Positions 53,229 through 63,253 of a DNA stretch of 64,000 nt are shown here, in pieces (position 1 is the first letter of the stretch; every line of letters starts with the position of its first letter). The translations under genes were made by a program, and so were the position numbers. The notes under the pieces were generated by a model. The model searched no databases. It was not told the DNA's origin and worked only from the letters and a program-made list of their open reading frames with translations. The stretch spans positions 258,513 through 322,512 of IMG/VR virus record IMGVR_UViG_3300037882_003354; one strand, given 5' to 3'.

Positions 53229-53681
53229 ATGAAGGAACGGTTCAAACAATTTTATATGGATGTGGCTGAACGAACAGCCCAATTGTCGCGAGCCAAACGA
53301 TTGCAAGTGGGAAGTTTGGTGGTCAAAGATGACAGCATCATCAGTTACGGATATAATGGAACTCCCGCAGGCTGGGATAATGTGTGCGAAAATGTCATTG
53401 GATATGGCACTGATGGTATGCCAGTGTTGAAAACCCGACCAGAAGTGCTGCATGCAGAAATGAATTGTCTGATGAAGCTGGCCAAAGGCACAGGTTCGGG
53501 TGCCGGTGCCACCATGTTCATCACGCATCAGCCCTGTCTGGACTGTGCCAAGGGCATCTATCAGGCGGGCATCACATCTGTCTACTATCGTGACCATTAT
53601 AAAGACGACTACGGTATAAAATTTCTAAAACAATGTGGAGTTACTGTTGAACAAGTGGGAATAAATAATTTCGAGTCATAA
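53229..53681 (+). CDS. dCMP deaminase
   Basis: GYNG, HAE, PCLDC. Confidence 0.92.
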   Translation: MKERFKQFYMDVAERTAQLSRAKRLQVGSLVVKDDSIISYGYNGTPAGWDNVCENVIGYGTDGMPVLKTRPEVLHAEMNCLMKLAKGTGSGAGATMFITHQPCLDCAKGIYQAGITSVYYRDHYKDDYGIKFLKQCGVTVEQVGINNFES

Positions 53682-53693
53682 AGGATCTACTGT

Positions 53694-54428
53694 ATGTCCT
53701 CTGCCAAATTAAAATTTGACTGGTCCCGGCTGGATCGCACCAGCCTGTACAGTTTCATGTTATCCATTGGCGATGGCATCGTTAAAAAAGAACTCACCAT
53801 CAAGAAGTTTCACTCCAAGGTCTCCCGTCATCTCAAAACTCATCTGCCAGTTCGAGTGGTTAAACTCATGGACACCAAGGTGGAATCAGGCATTGTCTAC
53901 GTGGGCGGAGTGTATTACTGCGATGCTGATCAGGACCGGCAGAAATGCATCGAAGTTGTACTGGTTTATAATCCTGGCGATGCTGTCTTAAAGATGTCCC
54001 GGCTGAGATTCGGTCGATTGTCCATGTGCATTGCAGACACCATTCTGCATGAAATCATTCACATGCGTCAGTATCGACGCAGACGGTTCAAGGTCTTGCC
54101 AGAATACGCCAGTACTGCCGAAAAGACCGAGCAGCGTCAGGAACAAGGTTATCTGGGCTGCACTGATGAAATTGATGCATTTGCATTCAACATAGCCTGC
54201 GACCTGGTGGCTAGACATGGCGATGACGACCGAATGATAGTGCAACATCTCAATGAACACCAACGCAACAAACGCCGCCGATATGATTGCTGGAGAATGT
54301 ACTTGAAGGCGTTCAACCATGATCATGATCACATAATCATCAAGCGGCTGAAAAAGCGCGTCATCCGATATCTACCAGCCGCCAGAACGGGCAAACCCTA
54401 TCGAAATAAAGATTGGATCAACCGATAA
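53694..54428 (+). CDS. basic protein with HExxH zinc-binding motif
   Basis: LHEIIHMRQ and downstream DEIDA; ATAAATA at 53661-53667. Confidence 0.6.
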   Translation: MSSAKLKFDWSRLDRTSLYSFMLSIGDGIVKKELTIKKFHSKVSRHLKTHLPVRVVKLMDTKVESGIVYVGGVYYCDADQDRQKCIEVVLVYNPGDAVLKMSRLRFGRLSMCIADTILHEIIHMRQYRRRRFKVLPEYASTAEKTEQRQEQGYLGCTDEIDAFAFNIACDLVARHGDDDRMIVQHLNEHQRNKRRRYDCWRMYLKAFNHDHDHIIIKRLKKRVIRYLPAARTGKPYRNKDWINR

Positions 54429-54467
54429 TAACATTGACTGCACGGCTGACTTCTGCTACTATATGGC

Positions 54468-54707
54468 ATGAAGATTGTTGCCACTAATAGTCAAGTACGC
54501 GCCATCAAGCAGGGTGATCCTAATTTTATCATTCAGGGACACGATGGTTTTACTCGAACACCGCGGGCAGGATTTGAAATTAATCTGGCCTGTCCTCAAG
54601 AATATCGCATGATAATTGGCATGTGTCTAAATAATGGGTGGCTCAAGCCAGTGGCGCATGTTGCAGAACGAGAATTACTCTTTATGGGTCTAACCAAGGA
54701 AAATTAA
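54468..54707 (+). CDS. hypothetical protein
   Basis: follows TTGACT-17bp-TACTAT (54434-54462). Confidence 0.7.
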   Translation: MKIVATNSQVRAIKQGDPNFIIQGHDGFTRTPRAGFEINLACPQEYRMIIGMCLNNGWLKPVAHVAERELLFMGLTKEN

Positions 54708-54712
54708 AAAAT

Positions 54713-55396
54713 ATGAATCAAGAAAAAAATCTATCACAGGTGATCAGGGAACGTATCCAGCAAGCTGGAGTTCGATTCCACGCTAATGATAACATTGCAG
54801 AGTTCATTAACGAAGGCGAGCTTGACACTCTTGTTGACGAAGTGGCCTGCCAATTTCAAGGCGTGCTCAACAGCCTGGTGATTGATACTGAACATGACCA
54901 TAACACTCGGGACACTGCCCGTCGTGTGGCCAAGATGTTCATCAAGGAGACATTTGGCGGTCGCTATCGCCCTGAGCCCAAGATCACAGCGTTTCCCAAC
55001 CTGGGGTATCAAAGCCTGTACACCACAGGTCCCATTACCATTCGTTCAGTCTGTGCGCATCACTTTCAGAACATTGTGGGGCACTGCTGGGTGGGCATCA
55101 TTCCTGAAAAGGAAGTGATTGGCCTGAGCAAGTTCAATCGTCTGGTGCATCACATCTGTGAGCGTCCGCAAATTCAAGAAGAGATGACCACGCAAATTGC
55201 CGATGCCCTGATGAAATATGCCAAGACAGAAAACATTGCCATTGTGGTCAAAGCCGAGCATCATTGCATGACAGCTCGTGGAGTTCGAGAGCATGCAAAT
55301 GACATGGTCACAGCCATCATGAAGGGCAGATTCATGGAAGATCCTTCCTTGAAGAAAGAATTCTATGACATTCTAAATCTCAGTGGCACTCACTGA
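54713..55396 (+). CDS. folE: GTP cyclohydrolase I
   Basis: TARRVAKM, SVCAHH, IGLSKFNR, RPQIQE, HHCMTARGV. Confidence 0.95.
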   Translation: MNQEKNLSQVIRERIQQAGVRFHANDNIAEFINEGELDTLVDEVACQFQGVLNSLVIDTEHDHNTRDTARRVAKMFIKETFGGRYRPEPKITAFPNLGYQSLYTTGPITIRSVCAHHFQNIVGHCWVGIIPEKEVIGLSKFNRLVHHICERPQIQEEMTTQIADALMKYAKTENIAIVVKAEHHCMTARGVREHANDMVTAIMKGRFMEDPSLKKEFYDILNLSGTH

Positions 55397-55421
55397 ACAA
55401 CACAGGTAACATTAATATAAC

Positions 55422-56138
55422 ATGAAAAAAACCAAACTAAACATCCCTTCCCGGCCTGCTCCTGCAGCCACTGCCAAGCCCACTGCACAAGTGCCCACCA
55501 CGGCCAGCGGCAAGCGACCCTCCATCATGATTGCAGTTCCTGCCATGGAGATGGTCAATGCAGAGTTTGCACAACACTTGGCCATGGCCGCTGCCAACAT
55601 GGTGGCCAATGGCATCAAGATCAATTGTGCCTTTAACATTGGTTCAGTGATCACCATTGCCCGCCGCAACCTGGTGGACATCTTCCTCAAGAGTGATTTT
55701 GATTACATCTGGTGGGTGGACAGTGACATGAAGTTCCCCATCGATGCTCCCATGAAGATGCTGGCCCGAAACAAGCCCATCGTGGGTGCCAACTATCGAC
55801 GCCGCCGCTTTCCCAATCCCAACTTCACTGGCATGAGCGGCACTAACGGTGCCTTCCAGGAATTTCAGACCACTGACAACAGTCCTGCCATGGAATTGAT
55901 CGACGTTCTGCCACACGGCATGGTGTTGTGCAAGCGTGAAGTTTACGAAAAGATTCCACAGCCGCATTATTTGCAAGAGTATGTGCCCAGTCTGAATCTT
56001 GAAATTGGTGAAGACATTTATTTCTGTCAGCAGGCACAAAAGGCTGGATACGAAATTTGGGTAGACCAGGAACTATCTCGAGAAGTTGCCCACATCGGAA
56101 TCTTCCATTTCAATTACAACTTATCCGTACCCAAGTAA
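55422..56138 (+). CDS. GT-A fold glycosyltransferase-like protein
   Basis: IAVP, ARRNLV, WVDSDM, GEDIYFC, HIG. Confidence 0.65.
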   Translation: MKKTKLNIPSRPAPAATAKPTAQVPTTASGKRPSIMIAVPAMEMVNAEFAQHLAMAAANMVANGIKINCAFNIGSVITIARRNLVDIFLKSDFDYIWWVDSDMKFPIDAPMKMLARNKPIVGANYRRRRFPNPNFTGMSGTNGAFQEFQTTDNSPAMELIDVLPHGMVLCKREVYEKIPQPHYLQEYVPSLNLEIGEDIYFCQQAQKAGYEIWVDQELSREVAHIGIFHFNYNLSVPK

Positions 56139-56150
56139 ACAAGGACATGC

Positions 56151-56321
56151 ATGTTTGAATCAATCGAAATTCGCAAGGTCAACAATGGGGTCATTGTCAC
56201 ATTGCGAACTGATGACGACCAAGATCAAGAATACGTCTATGACACGGACCGCAAGGCCATCAAATTCGTCAAAGATCTGTTGGAATCCAAGAGCAAGTGT
56301 AAAGCCACCACAACTGTATGA
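56151..56321 (+). CDS. hypothetical protein (56 aa)
   Basis: manual translation MFESIEIRKVNNGVIVTL..., AAGGA RBS, stop overlaps next ATG. Confidence 0.65.
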   Translation: MFESIEIRKVNNGVIVTLRTDDDQDQEYVYDTDRKAIKFVKDLLESKSKCKATTTV

Positions 56322-56713
56322 GTGTTAAAAAATATTACCGACCGGGCGACACCGTGTGGATTTACGGAGTTTCCCGCAAAGAGTCTAAACCTACCCAGGG
56401 ATCGGTTGTACATTACTTCACACTGGATCATGCAGGATATAATGAGGATGTGCATTATGTGATCAGTGTGCCCAATGAAATAGAACCCTTGTTGGAGGTC
56501 AGAACCTGGCACAACATCAGCCAGGATGTCCAGGGCCCTGTGGGCATGTTTAGAAGTCTGGTGCCTCCAGAGAACCTAGATGCAGTGAACAAGAAATTAT
56601 CCCAAATTGGACTGGATCTTGATCATGAAATCAACATGACAGACACTCTGCCAGTGGACCAAGAGCCCAGATCCCGACGCAGGTATCAACATCGGAAAAA
56701 AAATCGTGACTGA
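56318..56713 (+). CDS. hypothetical protein
   Basis: operon-coupled ORF. Confidence 0.7.
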   Translation: MSVKKYYRPGDTVWIYGVSRKESKPTQGSVVHYFTLDHAGYNEDVHYVISVPNEIEPLLEVRTWHNISQDVQGPVGMFRSLVPPENLDAVNKKLSQIGLDLDHEINMTDTLPVDQEPRSRRRYQHRKKNRD

Positions 56714-57026
56714 TGCCTGGGAACACATGCTGAACGTGTTGGAGCCAGAACTGGACGAGTGTCGCAGGATCATAAACCTGAAATCCCAGGTGCGGCCAGT
56801 GTTAACAAAAGATGGAACCCATTGGGTGGTTCACCTGGATGAGGTTTATCCCGAGGCTTTTTGGGACACCGCCACTGACAAGTTGGATCTCGTGCTCTAT
56901 TGGGCCGCCGGTCAACTGAGCACCTGGCCTGATGTGGAACGGGAAAATCGGCAGACATGGAAATTTATTCATAAAAAACATGCAGAAAAGTTTATCATGT
57001 TGTATAATATAGTATGGGCTCAGTAA
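56706..57026 (+). CDS. hypothetical protein
   Basis: operon-coupled ORF. Confidence 0.65.
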   Translation: MTDAWEHMLNVLEPELDECRRIINLKSQVRPVLTKDGTHWVVHLDEVYPEAFWDTATDKLDLVLYWAAGQLSTWPDVERENRQTWKFIHKKHAEKFIMLYNIVWAQ

Positions 57027-57319
57027 GGAAAGTAATATTACCCAACGGCACCATACAGGAAATACACCGAGTGAAGGTCTATGATTTTCAAGCGGCCTTG
57101 GCAGGGGACCTGGATGTCTTGGCAGAAGAATTTTTTGAGAAATGGTCACAGAGTGATAGTGGTAAATTTGTCCTAGCCAACTCATGTTCAAAACCCGAAT
57201 GGCATCACAACTGCATGTACAATGTGTTGTTGGTTCGATTCTGTATCACTGCTGAATTAGAATCCAAGAAACTTTCAGAATTTTATCTCAAGTGGGGGAA
57301 ACCAAGTGGAAACAATTAG
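57014..57319 (+). CDS. hypothetical protein
   Basis: operon-coupled ORF. Confidence 0.65.
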   Translation: MGSVRKVILPNGTIQEIHRVKVYDFQAALAGDLDVLAEEFFEKWSQSDSGKFVLANSCSKPEWHHNCMYNVLLVRFCITAELESKKLSEFYLKWGKPSGNN

Positions 57320-57542
57320 ACACGGAGAAACATGCAAGATCAAGAACACTGGCAACAGTCGCATGGTTGAAGCAGTGGTCATGAGTTTCTCGGACAAAAA
57401 GCATTTGAATGTGGTGGTCAACCAGAGTGTAAAAATAAACATGACCTGGAATGGCACCTGCTATGAAGGTCGAGGCGCTGGCATGGACTTTGAAAGTTCT
57501 GGCCCCACTGTGACAAAATCAACAACCAGCATGAGAGGATGA
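57306..57542 (+). CDS. hypothetical protein
   Basis: operon-coupled ORF. Confidence 0.65.
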   Translation: METIRHGETCKIKNTGNSRMVEAVVMSFSDKKHLNVVVNQSVKINMTWNGTCYEGRGAGMDFESSGPTVTKSTTSMRG

Positions 57543-57543
57543 T

Positions 57544-57888
57544 ATGAAACCACAGACACCAGCGGCAGGCATCATGATGACCAATGATTTTGGCAAGAGT
57601 AAATCCTTTGTCATAGGTTGTAAATGTGGCGGCACAGAACACATGGTGAACATGTGGATTGAGGTCGAGGGCGACGAATACACCAGTGATGTACAGGTGA
57701 GTTTTTATGTGGAACCTGAGTTAAGCATCTGGGACTCGGGATTCAAACGATTGCGGGTGCTGTGGGACCTGCTGGTTCGTGGCACCCACAAGCAGTCACA
57801 TGAAATGATTTTGGACAAACAGTCTGCAATTAATCTGGCAAATACCATTGCCAGTGTGGTAACAGAAATGGAAAAAAGGAAAATATAA
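57544..57888 (+). CDS. hypothetical protein
   Basis: CKC...H motif, GAGGA RBS. Confidence 0.7.
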   Translation: MKPQTPAAGIMMTNDFGKSKSFVIGCKCGGTEHMVNMWIEVEGDEYTSDVQVSFYVEPELSIWDSGFKRLRVLWDLLVRGTHKQSHEMILDKQSAINLANTIASVVTEMEKRKI

Positions 57889-57889
57889 A

Positions 57890-58249
57890 ATGTCAAATGT
57901 ATTTAGAGATCAGGAAAAGTTCATGCGGGCATGTGGTCAGAGCGTGGGTGAACCCAATCAAAGTCAATACACCCTGTACAAAAGTCTAATCACCGAAGAG
58001 TTTAATGAACTGCAGGATGCTGACAACCTGGTGGACGAACTGGATGCCCTGATTGACATCATGGTGGTCACCATTGGCGCACTGCATAGTGGAGGCTACG
58101 ATGCAGAAGGCGCCTGGAAAGAAGTCATGCGTTCAAATTTTTCCAAGATTGACAAGGAAACTGGCATGGTTCGCAAGCGAGAAGACGGAAAAGTACTCAA
58201 GCCTATTACGTATTCACCCCCTGATCTCGCACCCTTTGTAAGCAAGTAA
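57890..58249 (+). CDS. MazG-like / all-alpha NTP pyrophosphohydrolase
   Basis: LITEEFNEL, ELDALID, EVMRSNFSK, REDGKVLKP. Confidence 0.82.
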   Translation: MSNVFRDQEKFMRACGQSVGEPNQSQYTLYKSLITEEFNELQDADNLVDELDALIDIMVVTIGALHSGGYDAEGAWKEVMRSNFSKIDKETGMVRKREDGKVLKPITYSPPDLAPFVSK

Positions 58250-58263
58250 ACAAGGAATATCAC

Positions 58264-59100
58264 ATGGGACAACGAGGAAATTATTGGTCCAATTCTGCAC
58301 TGGCAAGTTGGATTCGTGGAACTCCCAAGCCTGGTAGTGCCACCATGGAAGGCTGGGATGAATGGCGCGAGCAGGCCCAGGCATCTCACCCCGTTCGATA
58401 TTGGATGGCTGAAGAAGGATTGGATTACATACAAAACTTCGTCTGGTGGCCTGTGGATCAACTGTATTCCATCAAGTATTACATCAACAATCGCTGGATC
58501 ACCCGTACTCATGCACTGACTGCACATCCACGCGACATCCGTCCTGGCACATGGCATGACGTGGGTCAAAGGATGATGCCCTGTCTGTTCAATGAACTTG
58601 TGGATTTTGTGGAAATTGAACAGGCAGGACATCATGTTGCCTGGGATCTGGATGCTAGGCAGCGATACAGCCCGCCCTGGTGGGCCAGGGGTTGGTTTCG
58701 GTGGCGCACCTGGAGGTGCCCTGAGGCTGGACTGGACTATTTGAACTGGGCGGCCTCATTGAAATTCGACGACGAGTGGGTGGCTGCTGATGATCCCAAG
58801 TACAACCAGCCCACTCCACAGGCCCTGGCTGCACAGGAAATCATTGACTTGTACACCTGGTGGACACAGGTGTATCGCAACCGACCTGACCCATACGAGC
58901 TCAGTGGCTGGACCGCTGCCTGCGAAGCAGAACGTGAGGCCAACGGTGGCACCATGAATTGGGGCAAGAGAAGCGCCGTGTTCAAGAACAAGAGCGACCA
59001 AGCCCACGAACTTCTGTACAAAATTGAAGCTCAATATGATCAAGAGGATGATGACATGTTGATCAGATTAATTCGCGTTCGCCGCGCACTCTGGACTTGA
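58264..59100 (+). CDS. Trp-rich hypothetical protein
   Basis: 278-aa ORF with AAGGA RBS. Confidence 0.8.
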   Translation: MGQRGNYWSNSALASWIRGTPKPGSATMEGWDEWREQAQASHPVRYWMAEEGLDYIQNFVWWPVDQLYSIKYYINNRWITRTHALTAHPRDIRPGTWHDVGQRMMPCLFNELVDFVEIEQAGHHVAWDLDARQRYSPPWWARGWFRWRTWRCPEAGLDYLNWAASLKFDDEWVAADDPKYNQPTPQALAAQEIIDLYTWWTQVYRNRPDPYELSGWTAACEAEREANGGTMNWGKRSAVFKNKSDQAHELLYKIEAQYDQEDDDMLIRLIRVRRALWT

Positions 59101-59103
59101 GCC

Positions 59104-59625
59104 ATGAACAACAAGGTAAATTCCAGTCTGGAGCGTAACACGTTCCTGTACAATCAATACGTCAAGCGGTGTCAGGATAATGACGAACCCATTTCAGATG
59201 CTTATGTGGAATTGTTCAAGTCTGCCAGTCAGCAGGATCGGGAAAACATGGCCAATCCCGAATGGAGACGAAACAACTTGGAGTATGATCTTCGCAGCAC
59301 TGAATGGATTTGCAACAAGGCCAAGCAGTCATCCACCTATGCCCAGAACCTTTATGCGGCCTTGTGCAACAACGATTTCCTAAAACTGGATGTCATCACC
59401 ATTCTCAAGAACGACATCTGGCATTGCAGTTGGCGCTATGCCGGCGGTATCATTGCGGACATGCGTGAACAGGGTGATTACATCGATTGGTACTGTTCGG
59501 GCATGATAGATATCGATGAACATGCCGGTGATATCATGCGTGAAGGCAGGATCACTGAAGAAATTCAGATGGATCTCAAGGATTTGGGCTGGGTGGTTGT
59601 AGATTCCGACAACGGAGATGTCTAG
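59104..59625 (+). CDS. hypothetical protein
   Basis: YAQNLYAALCNN, SWRYAGGIIA, DYIDWYCSG. Confidence 0.78.
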   Translation: MNNKVNSSLERNTFLYNQYVKRCQDNDEPISDAYVELFKSASQQDRENMANPEWRRNNLEYDLRSTEWICNKAKQSSTYAQNLYAALCNNDFLKLDVITILKNDIWHCSWRYAGGIIADMREQGDYIDWYCSGMIDIDEHAGDIMREGRITEEIQMDLKDLGWVVVDSDNGDV

Positions 59626-59694
59626 ATCACAGTTGACTTTCTGATCCGTTTGCTGTATAATAATAACTATTGTACAACAAGTAGGAGTGAAAAC

Positions 59695-60915
59695 ATGGTC
59701 ACAGCAGTCAAGAAAGCCCCAGCCAAGGCAGCAGCCAAGGCGCCTGCCAAGCGTATCACCAGCCAGACTGTTCGCGAACACGCCCGGCGTGATCCCAGCC
59801 CCAAGTGGGAAGGTGCGCAGGACTGGAGCAGCCAGGAATTCGCCAGCCGCTACCGCGATGCCATGAAGTACTACAGCATGGAGAGTTCGGCCAAGGAACT
59901 CAAGCCCCAGATCATCAACTGGATGGGCCGCAACGACTATACCAAGGATCAGATCCAGGCGTTCAAGGACACCAAGGACTGGCGTGCCAACCTGACCATG
60001 GGTGCTGTGGCCGCCTGCCTGTTGCGTGGCATGCCGGCTGTTCATGGTGGGTTCAACCAGGGTCGCAGCACCGCCGACTGGTTGCGCAAGAGCATCGACG
60101 AAGTGCTGGAACAAGGCAAGCACGACGAAGCACCTGTTGATGAAGTTAAAAAGGCTCGTGTGGAAGTGCCTGTGGTCACCATTCAGGATCGAATCCGTGA
60201 TCAGGCGGTGCAGATGAGCGAAGAGATTGATCAGGCCATCGATTCCTGGATCCTGGATTCTGATGCATTTGATCCCCGGGCATTCAAGATGGTGAGCCTG
60301 TTGCGCGGCAAGGGCGCCAAGGCTGCACAAAGCCGCTACATCAAGGGTTTCTTTCAGCGTGGCTATGCCGAGTTGCTGGAACTGGCCGGCGGCAATGCTG
60401 ATGAGCAATTGCGTGAAGGCTATCAGCACAAGAGCCGTAAGAACATCAAGAAGATGATCGACTTCTACGAAAGCATCATGGCCGCTTGCGATCAGATCGC
60501 ACAAGAAGCCAAGATTCTCAAGAAGCCACGTGCCAGCAAGGTCAAGCCCGCTGAAGAACTGGTCAAGAAGTTGAAGTTCAAGACTGTAGACGACAAGCTG
60601 GGTGTGGTGTCAGTGCCGCCAGCTGGCCTGATTGGTGCTCAGGGTGCTGTGGTGTTCAACGTGAAAACTCGCAAACTGGGCATGTACATCAGCAAAAGTT
60701 CCGCTGGACTCAGCGTCAAGGGCACCAGCATCACAGAATTCACTGACCGGAGCTTCCAGCGCACTCTGCGCAAACCTGCGGAACAACTCAAGGAGTTCCG
60801 TGAACAGAACACGCAGAAGCGAATTGAAACCTGGTTTGGTAAGATCAAGAGCGTGGAAACTGCACTGACTGGGCGATTGAACGAAGACGTCATGATTCTC
60901 AAGATATTCAAGTAG
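59695..60915 (+). CDS. hypothetical early protein with K/A/P-rich N-terminus
   Basis: TTGACT-17bp-TATAAT (59633-59661), AGGAG RBS, strongly C-ending codons. Confidence 0.82.
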   Translation: MVTAVKKAPAKAAAKAPAKRITSQTVREHARRDPSPKWEGAQDWSSQEFASRYRDAMKYYSMESSAKELKPQIINWMGRNDYTKDQIQAFKDTKDWRANLTMGAVAACLLRGMPAVHGGFNQGRSTADWLRKSIDEVLEQGKHDEAPVDEVKKARVEVPVVTIQDRIRDQAVQMSEEIDQAIDSWILDSDAFDPRAFKMVSLLRGKGAKAAQSRYIKGFFQRGYAELLELAGGNADEQLREGYQHKSRKNIKKMIDFYESIMAACDQIAQEAKILKKPRASKVKPAEELVKKLKFKTVDDKLGVVSVPPAGLIGAQGAVVFNVKTRKLGMYISKSSAGLSVKGTSITEFTDRSFQRTLRKPAEQLKEFREQNTQKRIETWFGKIKSVETALTGRLNEDVMILKIFK

Positions 60916-60976
60916 TATACCCGCGTAAATACTGAAGTCCAGTAAATAGTCATGTGTACTGTTTTACACATATGTC

Positions 60977-62203
60977 ATGGACTTAGTATTTTTTATTATT
61001 TTCTCATTGACAGCAACAATATTCATTCGTAACATTTTATGCGGAATATTGATTAAACTCACACCGCGGAAAGTTTTTAAACCTCCCACTGAATTACCAC
61101 AAGTCAGCGTGGTTATCCCCTCCTTCAATGAAGGGGCGGGTATATATTACACCTTGGAGTCGTTGTCCAGGGTGGACTACCCAGCAAATTTATTTGATGT
61201 CACTGTGGTTGACGACTGTTCAACTGACGACACAGTTGAGTGGATTAACAAAGGCATCACAGAATTTAAGAATATTAAAATCAAATGCATTTCCCAGCCG
61301 GTCAATAGTGGAAAACAGCAAGCCCTTATCAAAGGGTTCCACCATACTACTGGTGACGTGTTTGTTTTGTTCGATAGTGATGTTATTGTTGATCCCAATG
61401 TGCTCAAGGGATTTGTAAGAGAATTGCAGGATCCCGGACTGGGTATTGTGGGAGCGTCCTGTGGCATATATAGCCCAAACAGAGATTTAATCTCCCAGGG
61501 ATATACCTCGGTATTTTATACACTCCACGAATTCTTAAAGCAAGTTGAGTCATCCATCGGCTGTGTTTCGGTTGTGGACGGCAAGGCCATGGGATTTCGA
61601 AGATCGGTCTATGCAGAAATGATACCAGTCATTTCAAATCAAACATGGCTCGATCTTAAAATAATGGCCGGTGAAGATCGATATATCACTCATCAACTGA
61701 CTTTACGCGGCTATAGATCTAAGGTTATACTGGAACGGGTTAATACTAGTGCACCCCCCACGTTGACATCGTTGTACAAACAACAATTGCGATGGAAACG
61801 TTCGGGATTTAGAAATTGGTTCTGGACCATGTGCGATTTGCCAGGTCATTTTGCTAAAATCGGGGTGTGGAAAACAATATCAATATTGTTACCACGCACT
61901 GTGTATCTAATGGTTCCACTCATATATATGCAAATTATTTTTAGTTCAGGAATAATTGGATTGCTGCAAGCACAAATGGCATTTATCGTCATTATACTTT
62001 TTTTAAAATTAATCATGAACTTACATGCCAGTTTCTACCAGCCGGATCAAGTCATACGCAATCCCTTGGTTTCAGCATTAACATTGAGCACCTGGATGTT
62101 TATCGATCTCTTAATCACAACTCCGCTTGCCGTACTCACCATGGACGAGGGTGGGTGGGGTACACGAAGTTTACCGACTTCATCAACCCTATCAAAATCA
62201 TGA
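60977..62203 (+). CDS. processive membrane GT2 polysaccharide synthase (hyaluronan synthase / NodC / chitin synthase type)
   Basis: IPSFNE, VDDCS, FDSD, GEDR, QQLRW, C-terminal TMs and WGTR; two TAAATA boxes at 60926 and 60943. Confidence 0.88.
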   Translation: MDLVFFIIFSLTATIFIRNILCGILIKLTPRKVFKPPTELPQVSVVIPSFNEGAGIYYTLESLSRVDYPANLFDVTVVDDCSTDDTVEWINKGITEFKNIKIKCISQPVNSGKQQALIKGFHHTTGDVFVLFDSDVIVDPNVLKGFVRELQDPGLGIVGASCGIYSPNRDLISQGYTSVFYTLHEFLKQVESSIGCVSVVDGKAMGFRRSVYAEMIPVISNQTWLDLKIMAGEDRYITHQLTLRGYRSKVILERVNTSAPPTLTSLYKQQLRWKRSGFRNWFWTMCDLPGHFAKIGVWKTISILLPRTVYLMVPLIYMQIIFSSGIIGLLQAQMAFIVIILFLKLIMNLHASFYQPDQVIRNPLVSALTLSTWMFIDLLITTPLAVLTMDEGGWGTRSLPTSSTLSKS

Positions 62204-63243
62204 AAAAACAAATACTTTACGCATATCAAAAAATATCATTTTTTGGAATTTTTTTAATACTTGCCGGCATAATTTGGTATGCTACCACCTTCGTCTTGAT
62301 GATCGACGGTATTGGTAAATGGGCAGCCCCCTTGATACTGTCACCCTCGCAAGAAAAAGTGTTATCATTTCAACCACAAGTGGCAAACATCGAAGCATCC
62401 ATGATCAGGCAAAAAATTGAATTGGCTGCGGCAGAGTCCACACTGAAATCTGTCACCATTCAATTGGAACGTCTGAATTCCCTGCAATCAAAATTAAACT
62501 CAGCCGTCAGTGCAGAGTCCACACAATTATTAGACACCAGCAAAATGATTTCAAATGTGCTGGTTAACAAGCGACAAAATATTGCAGACACCCAACAAGT
62601 GATCACTGATGCAAAATTTTTACTAGCACAAGTCGATCAAGAATTGAAAGTGGGACTTATTACAAAGGATCAAGCTGCGCAGCGGCGTATTGCATTACAA
62701 TCGGCGATGAACAACGCCACTGATGCAAAATCACAAGAGATCTTACTACAACATCAATCAAAACAATTGTCATCGGGCGCCGGCACACTGCTGGGACAGG
62801 CAACTTCCTTGTCTGCCTTGTCCTCAGTTAAATTAAATGCTGAACTACAGGCCATGTTCGATCAATTAACTATTCAATTAGTAACCTTAAAATCAACGAT
62901 TGCCGGACTTGGCACCACCATTGCTGAAGGAACCAGAATTTTGGATGTCGCAAAAACAACTCCTTACTATAGAGCATTGCGTGGTGAGGTCAATGTTGCA
63001 TTTGTGCCATATGGTTCTTTTAAACGCATACATGTAGGTGATCCAATATATGATTGCGTTCTCACTATTTTAATTTGTTCAAAAGTTGGAGAAATTACTG
63101 CCATGTATGATGCCGAAGAATATGCGCGACACCCTTTTATTAGAAATGATCTTAGAGGACGACTCGTTGAAATTGCATATACAAACAAAAAATCTGCCAA
63201 CTCACAGGTGGTTTTTGTTGGACACAGTCCGTTGATATTTTGA
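62200..63243 (+). CDS. membrane-fusion (HlyD-like periplasmic adaptor) protein, putative
   Basis: single N-terminal TM, long coiled coil, C-terminal AFVP..IHVGD..VGEI beta domain. Confidence 0.6.
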   Translation: MKKQILYAYQKISFFGIFLILAGIIWYATTFVLMIDGIGKWAAPLILSPSQEKVLSFQPQVANIEASMIRQKIELAAAESTLKSVTIQLERLNSLQSKLNSAVSAESTQLLDTSKMISNVLVNKRQNIADTQQVITDAKFLLAQVDQELKVGLITKDQAAQRRIALQSAMNNATDAKSQEILLQHQSKQLSSGAGTLLGQATSLSALSSVKLNAELQAMFDQLTIQLVTLKSTIAGLGTTIAEGTRILDVAKTTPYYRALRGEVNVAFVPYGSFKRIHVGDPIYDCVLTILICSKVGEITAMYDAEEYARHPFIRNDLRGRLVEIAYTNKKSANSQVVFVGHSPLIF

Positions 63244-63253
63244 GATTTAATCC

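Noticed and set aside
59380-60504. 374-aa minus-strand ORF
   Set aside because: Antisense to a strongly codon-biased gene with its own promoter and RBS
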